Positions 60,516 to 64,000 of a stretch of DNA of 64,000 bases are shown here, piece by piece. The DNA lies in assembly GCA_965637545.1 (NCBI GenBank), contig OZ281499.1:2170001-2234000 (forward strand), read 5' to 3'. Each line of letters opens with the position of its first letter. Within the stretch, counting starts at the first letter, position 1. The DNA is from Phallusia mammillata (Eukaryota). A program made the translations under genes and the position numbers. The notes beneath the pieces were generated by a model. It made no database searches. It worked only from the letters and a program-made list of their open reading frames with translations, and was not told the origin of the DNA.

Positions 60516-63500
60516 CTACACGGTTCTGATTGGGGCAGTGCTGGGAAAGCTAAGAAAGCCCCTGGATATTTTTTTAAACTTTTTGCTCACCGGTCTTGGC
60601 ACTCCGGGACACGAAGTTGACCGCTGAAGGTTGGGTGTTGTCCCTGAAACGTTTGCATCATAGCCTGGTTCGTGGCTAGGTAACGTTATCCGCTGGTCGA
60701 ACTTAAACAGAAAGGGTAAAAGTTTGAGAGTGTTGGGATTACAGACAATTTAGGTATACCCAGTGGTGGGATTCAAATTTTTTGTCACCCGGTTCTATCA
60801 CAAAAGTCATATTTTTCAGCCGGACAGTAACCAGTAATGCTAACCGGTTCGCTGATCTCATAAAATTTCGTGAGACGGTTCTATAGAACCGATGCGAACT
60901 GGCTAAATTCCACACCACTGGGTTTACAGCCTAATCCATTAATCGTTTAGATAATCGCACATTCCGGTTATTCGCATAACCAATTTGCCAAACTTGTTTA
61001 TGCAATTACCCGGATCATGCGATATCTGAAAGATTTTTTAACAAATAGCCATAGCTAGGATAATTACCTCTATGCAAATAACTGGGTTACGCTTTTAACC
61101 AGATCCGTCTGCATGTCAAATAAACGACTTACCGGGCTAAAATGGACGTTGGGTTTTCGCATCTGCATTTCTTGCTCAGAAAACCCGTTTGCTGCAACAA
61201 ATACAAATTTCTCGTTGCAGTCTACTGTTAGAATTTAAACCTTTTTTTTATTGTGAACTACCTTGATAAGAAGTGTTGAATTGCCACTGCTGAGATGGTG
61301 ACCTCGAACAAAGACGCTTCATTCTAAAGAACAAAACAATTTAAAACGACGACATAGTAAACCAAGTCTTTCGTTTGTACAGTAAATTTTACACTAGAAA
61401 CTGTGTTTTTAAGTCAGCATTGTTGAATTGCTAATAATACTAGCCAAAAACCAACCCTAGTAGCCCTAACCGTAAGCATTTTTGTTTTTTATTATTATTA
61501 TTATTATTTTTTTTTTTCACGGGGTTCGAACCCAGGACACTCCCGGGGACGAATCCCGATTAAGGTTTTTTTTTTATGTCTGTATGTGGGTCAGGCGCGC
61601 CAGACCATTCGGCCAAGTTCCTGCCCACCGTAAGCATTTTTAGAGATATACTGTTTGTTAGTCCACTTTGCGCCACCTATCGAAAATTAGCTGGATGGCC
61701 GGCTGACGTGAGTTACGATGTTAGCAGATTTTCCTTGAAAACTTACTCGTCATCTTTTCTTCGCTTTTCGATCGCTCGCCATTTCTTCCGACCACGGTTG
61801 ATGACACAGCAATAACATATGACTGCTGACAACAATATGGTGCCGAGGCAAAGTAACACGGCCGCTGCGCTGAGTACTACCATGTCATGGTTATCCACAT
61901 ATTCACACTGAGGGTTCATTAGAGTCCACTTGTAGGCTGTTGGACATCTGAAGATGACATTGCTGTGTTAGATTTCGACGGCTAATGTGTTGTTACCGGC
62001 TAAGACCAAACTAAGGTAGTTAAAACAAATCATGTGTCACCTGCATGTTGGCTCCTTTCCTGGAAGCAGTGTACAAATGCCTCCATTCTTACAAAAGTCC
62101 TTGCGAACCTCACAGATAGACATGCACTGGTTTGGACGAACTTTCCTGCAAAAAATCACAGCAAAATTTGTAACTGTGAGGAGAAAACGAACATTTGACA
62201 TTGTACTCACACGTATCCGATCCTACACACACATTTGGTCTCACCCACTTGGTGTGAAACGCAGTCAGAATTGGCAGGACATGTCGTGAAGTGGCAACGA
62301 TCTGATTGGGAGGCTGAATATGCGATTTCAATCAACAGTATAAAATAGATTGTGTAGTAATAGTTGAATAATTGCCCTTTACTGAAGCATTACTCATAAG
62401 TAGCTAAAATGGTTTTTGTTACAAATCTTCCAACAATCGCTATTTTTGTTATGTCTGCTAGAATTAAAAAACGCCGTTTATAATAAAGGTTTATTTTCCT
62501 TATATCTGTCAGTGCCACATAAGGTTTAGCCTACTTATATTTTATTTTTTCCCCCTTACCACAGGCAGGTTTGTTTATAGATTTTGGGGCAACATTCAGT
62601 TCAGGGCGCTCAACATGTACAAGTTATCACCAAGGTTAAATGTGTATTCTTTTGCATCATGTTATGGCACTTTTGTTTCAAAGTATTAATACCGATGTTG
62701 TGTACTTACCAGCGATGACCTGAGTTTGATTGACATCAATAAGCAGTTTGTAGTGTTTAAAATATTCGCTTGAATCTGCAAAGACTCGATCCACAAGATC
62801 CAATGTATTATTTGTGACCACTGAGTCAAACACGAGTTCTTGGTTCACTAAAACGCTTCCCTTTGTAAACCCGATTGTTCGACTTAAAATGAATCCAGGT
62901 TGATGAATAAACAGGCCATCTGTGATCTAATAATGTTGCTGCACGTGAGTTTTTGGTGCAGCTTTTTCAAACAGGTAGTTTTATCATTTTTTGTGTTGTC
63001 ACTTTTCATATAATATGCATACATTGACACTCGATGGTCTACCTATACTGAATCTATTTTAGGTTCAGCAACAAGCTATACTCTAAGATTTTAAGAGCCT
63101 AGATTAACATCTAAGTTTAACGACTATCAAATAGCTCAGTTGTTAGAGTACCAGTACAGGCAGGCTCCTGCCGTGTGTTCGAATCCTATACACAAACCTC
63201 AGTGACATTTTTGTCCAACTCCAAATACAGTTTGCTGGTGGGTTCAGATAAATCCTTCACAAACTCTAAGTTTCTTACACGAAGCTGAACATAGACGGAC
63301 ATATCTATAACACTGTGTACAAAATGTGTATTAAAACGGGTTAAATTACAAGTGTATACAAACAAAGAACCTTCTGTTTTCGTTTGTGTTATCCAAATCA
63401 TGTCCACTACCTTCGGGGAGTGTTTCAAATCCTGAAGAGCCAAACGTTTCAAACACGTTTCCCTTCTCTGTTGCATCTGACTCATTTATCTCTGCCAACA

Positions 63501-64000
63501 AGATTTAAATTAATGAAAGACATTAAGTCATTCGCTCAAGCAATTTGTGTCGTTTCGTGGCTTGGAGAATAAACGTCCGGGTATTAAACGACAAAGGGTC
63601 TTTTCAGTCCAATTTAAAAAGCCAAATACAACACTTCAGATTTTATGCATATTATAAAACTTTCTCGTTAATAATCAATTTGCTCTAAGTGTCTTAAAAC
63701 GGTATGTAGTCTGAATCCAATAAAACAGCGAAAGTTTTTTGATAACAATTAAAACCTTTTTATTTCTTTTTACCTTTTTCTTTGCTTTGAGTTGATACTT
63801 GTGTTTCCTGCGAGTAAAATAGGTTTGTGTAAGCAGTATTTCATTGAATTGGTTTGAGGAAATACCTGTAAAGCGAGCCTGAGCTTCATTGCGACATCTT
63901 GTGGCACAAGTTTAATAAAATTAATGTCCACTTGGGGTCGCATTGCGGATCCTCCAAATTCGCTTTCGTTTTTCAAGGCAGTATTTCTAATGATCGCGTT
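60516..64000 (-). CDS. IMPG2: IMPG2-like membrane proteoglycan (SEA-EGF-EGF-TM-cytoplasmic tail), 5' part beyond window
   Basis: Phase-compatible exons (minus): >64000-63866, 63807-63774, 63491-63411, 63304-63198, 62926-62710, 62313-62211, 62145-62041, 61947-61747, 61323-61262, 61191-61133, 60701-60516. SEA domain with GFTKG/SVLV motif. EGF pair CHFTTCPANSDC...CVCRIGY and CMSICEVRKDFCKNGGIC...CRCPTAYKWTLMNPQCE, whose Cys spacing matches vertebrate IMPG2 as recalled. Then a TM helix. The symbol means 'like'; orthology is untested. Confidence 0.8.
60761..60920. mobile_element. hAT-type MITE in last intron of IMPG2-like gene
   Basis: TIR CAGTGGTG...CACCACTG; TSD GGTATACC/GGTTTACA (6/8). Confidence 0.7.
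61484..61626 (-). mobile_element. tRNA-Leu-derived short SINE with exact 15-bp TSD
   Basis: A/(TAA)n tail; ACCGTAAGCATTTTT at 61469-61483 and 61627-61641; inside an intron of the IMPG2-like gene. Confidence 0.9.
61747..61947 (-). CDS. End of EGF2 plus TM helix exon (VVLSAAAVLLCLGTILLSAVICYCCVI-NRGRKK)
   Basis: Acceptor catcttcAG, donor GTAAGT; hydrophobic helix then basic stop-transfer residues. Confidence 0.9.
62041..62313 (-). CDS. Two EGF-like exons (62313-62211 and 62145-62041)
   Basis: Six-Cys EGF spacing; GTGAGT and GTGACA donors; 65-nt intron. Confidence 0.9.
62710..62926 (-). CDS. SEA domain exon with G/SVLV cleavage motif
   Basis: ITDGLFIHQPGFILSRTIGFTKGSVLVNQELVF...; donor GTAAGT. 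Confidence 0.85.
63132..63186 (+). other. tRNA-like Pol III promoter remnant (pseudo-tRNA or SINE head)
   Basis: A box TAGCTCAGTTGTTAGAG, B box GTTCGAATCC; no acceptor stem. Confidence 0.5.
63198..63304 (-). CDS. SEA domain N-terminal exon (MSVYVQLRVRNLEFVKDLSEPTSKLYLELDKNVTE)
   Basis: SEA-type L..p.S..y.el pattern; donor GTTTGT. The TAG acceptor at 63305 keeps phase; a CAG 8 nt upstream would not. Confidence 0.75.

Overview
AT-rich eukaryotic (animal) genomic DNA with spliceosomal introns; no prokaryotic operons, rRNA or CRISPR. An ascidian (tunicate) origin is inferred from a Cics-like SINE core, many TGACGTCA motifs and the MITE spectrum. Most of the supplied ORF track is noise, so genes were rebuilt by hand from GT-AG sites and exon phase. 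(1) A + strand gene of at least 8 exons (39500-59662, N-terminus unresolved) encodes a single-pass membrane protein with a juxtamembrane CC motif and a ~850-aa largely disordered, tyrosine-motif-rich tail, resembling transmembrane adaptor proteins. (2) A convergent - strand IMPG2-like SEA-EGF-EGF-TM gene (60516 to beyond 64000). (3) A - strand spliced unit (11.6-18.3 kb) whose best-supported exons encode a 6-Cys peptide with KR/RR sites arranged like a prohormone. (4) Weak + strand exons at 3.3-3.8 kb. The rest is rich in mobile DNA: many hAT-type and other MITEs (several with exact TSDs, one nested), a tRNA-Leu-derived SINE that keeps an intron-like insert, Penelope-type fragments carrying minimal hammerhead ribozyme cores, and a fold-back element enclosing an 87-bp tandem array. 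All calls come from reading the sequence by eye; no database search was run.
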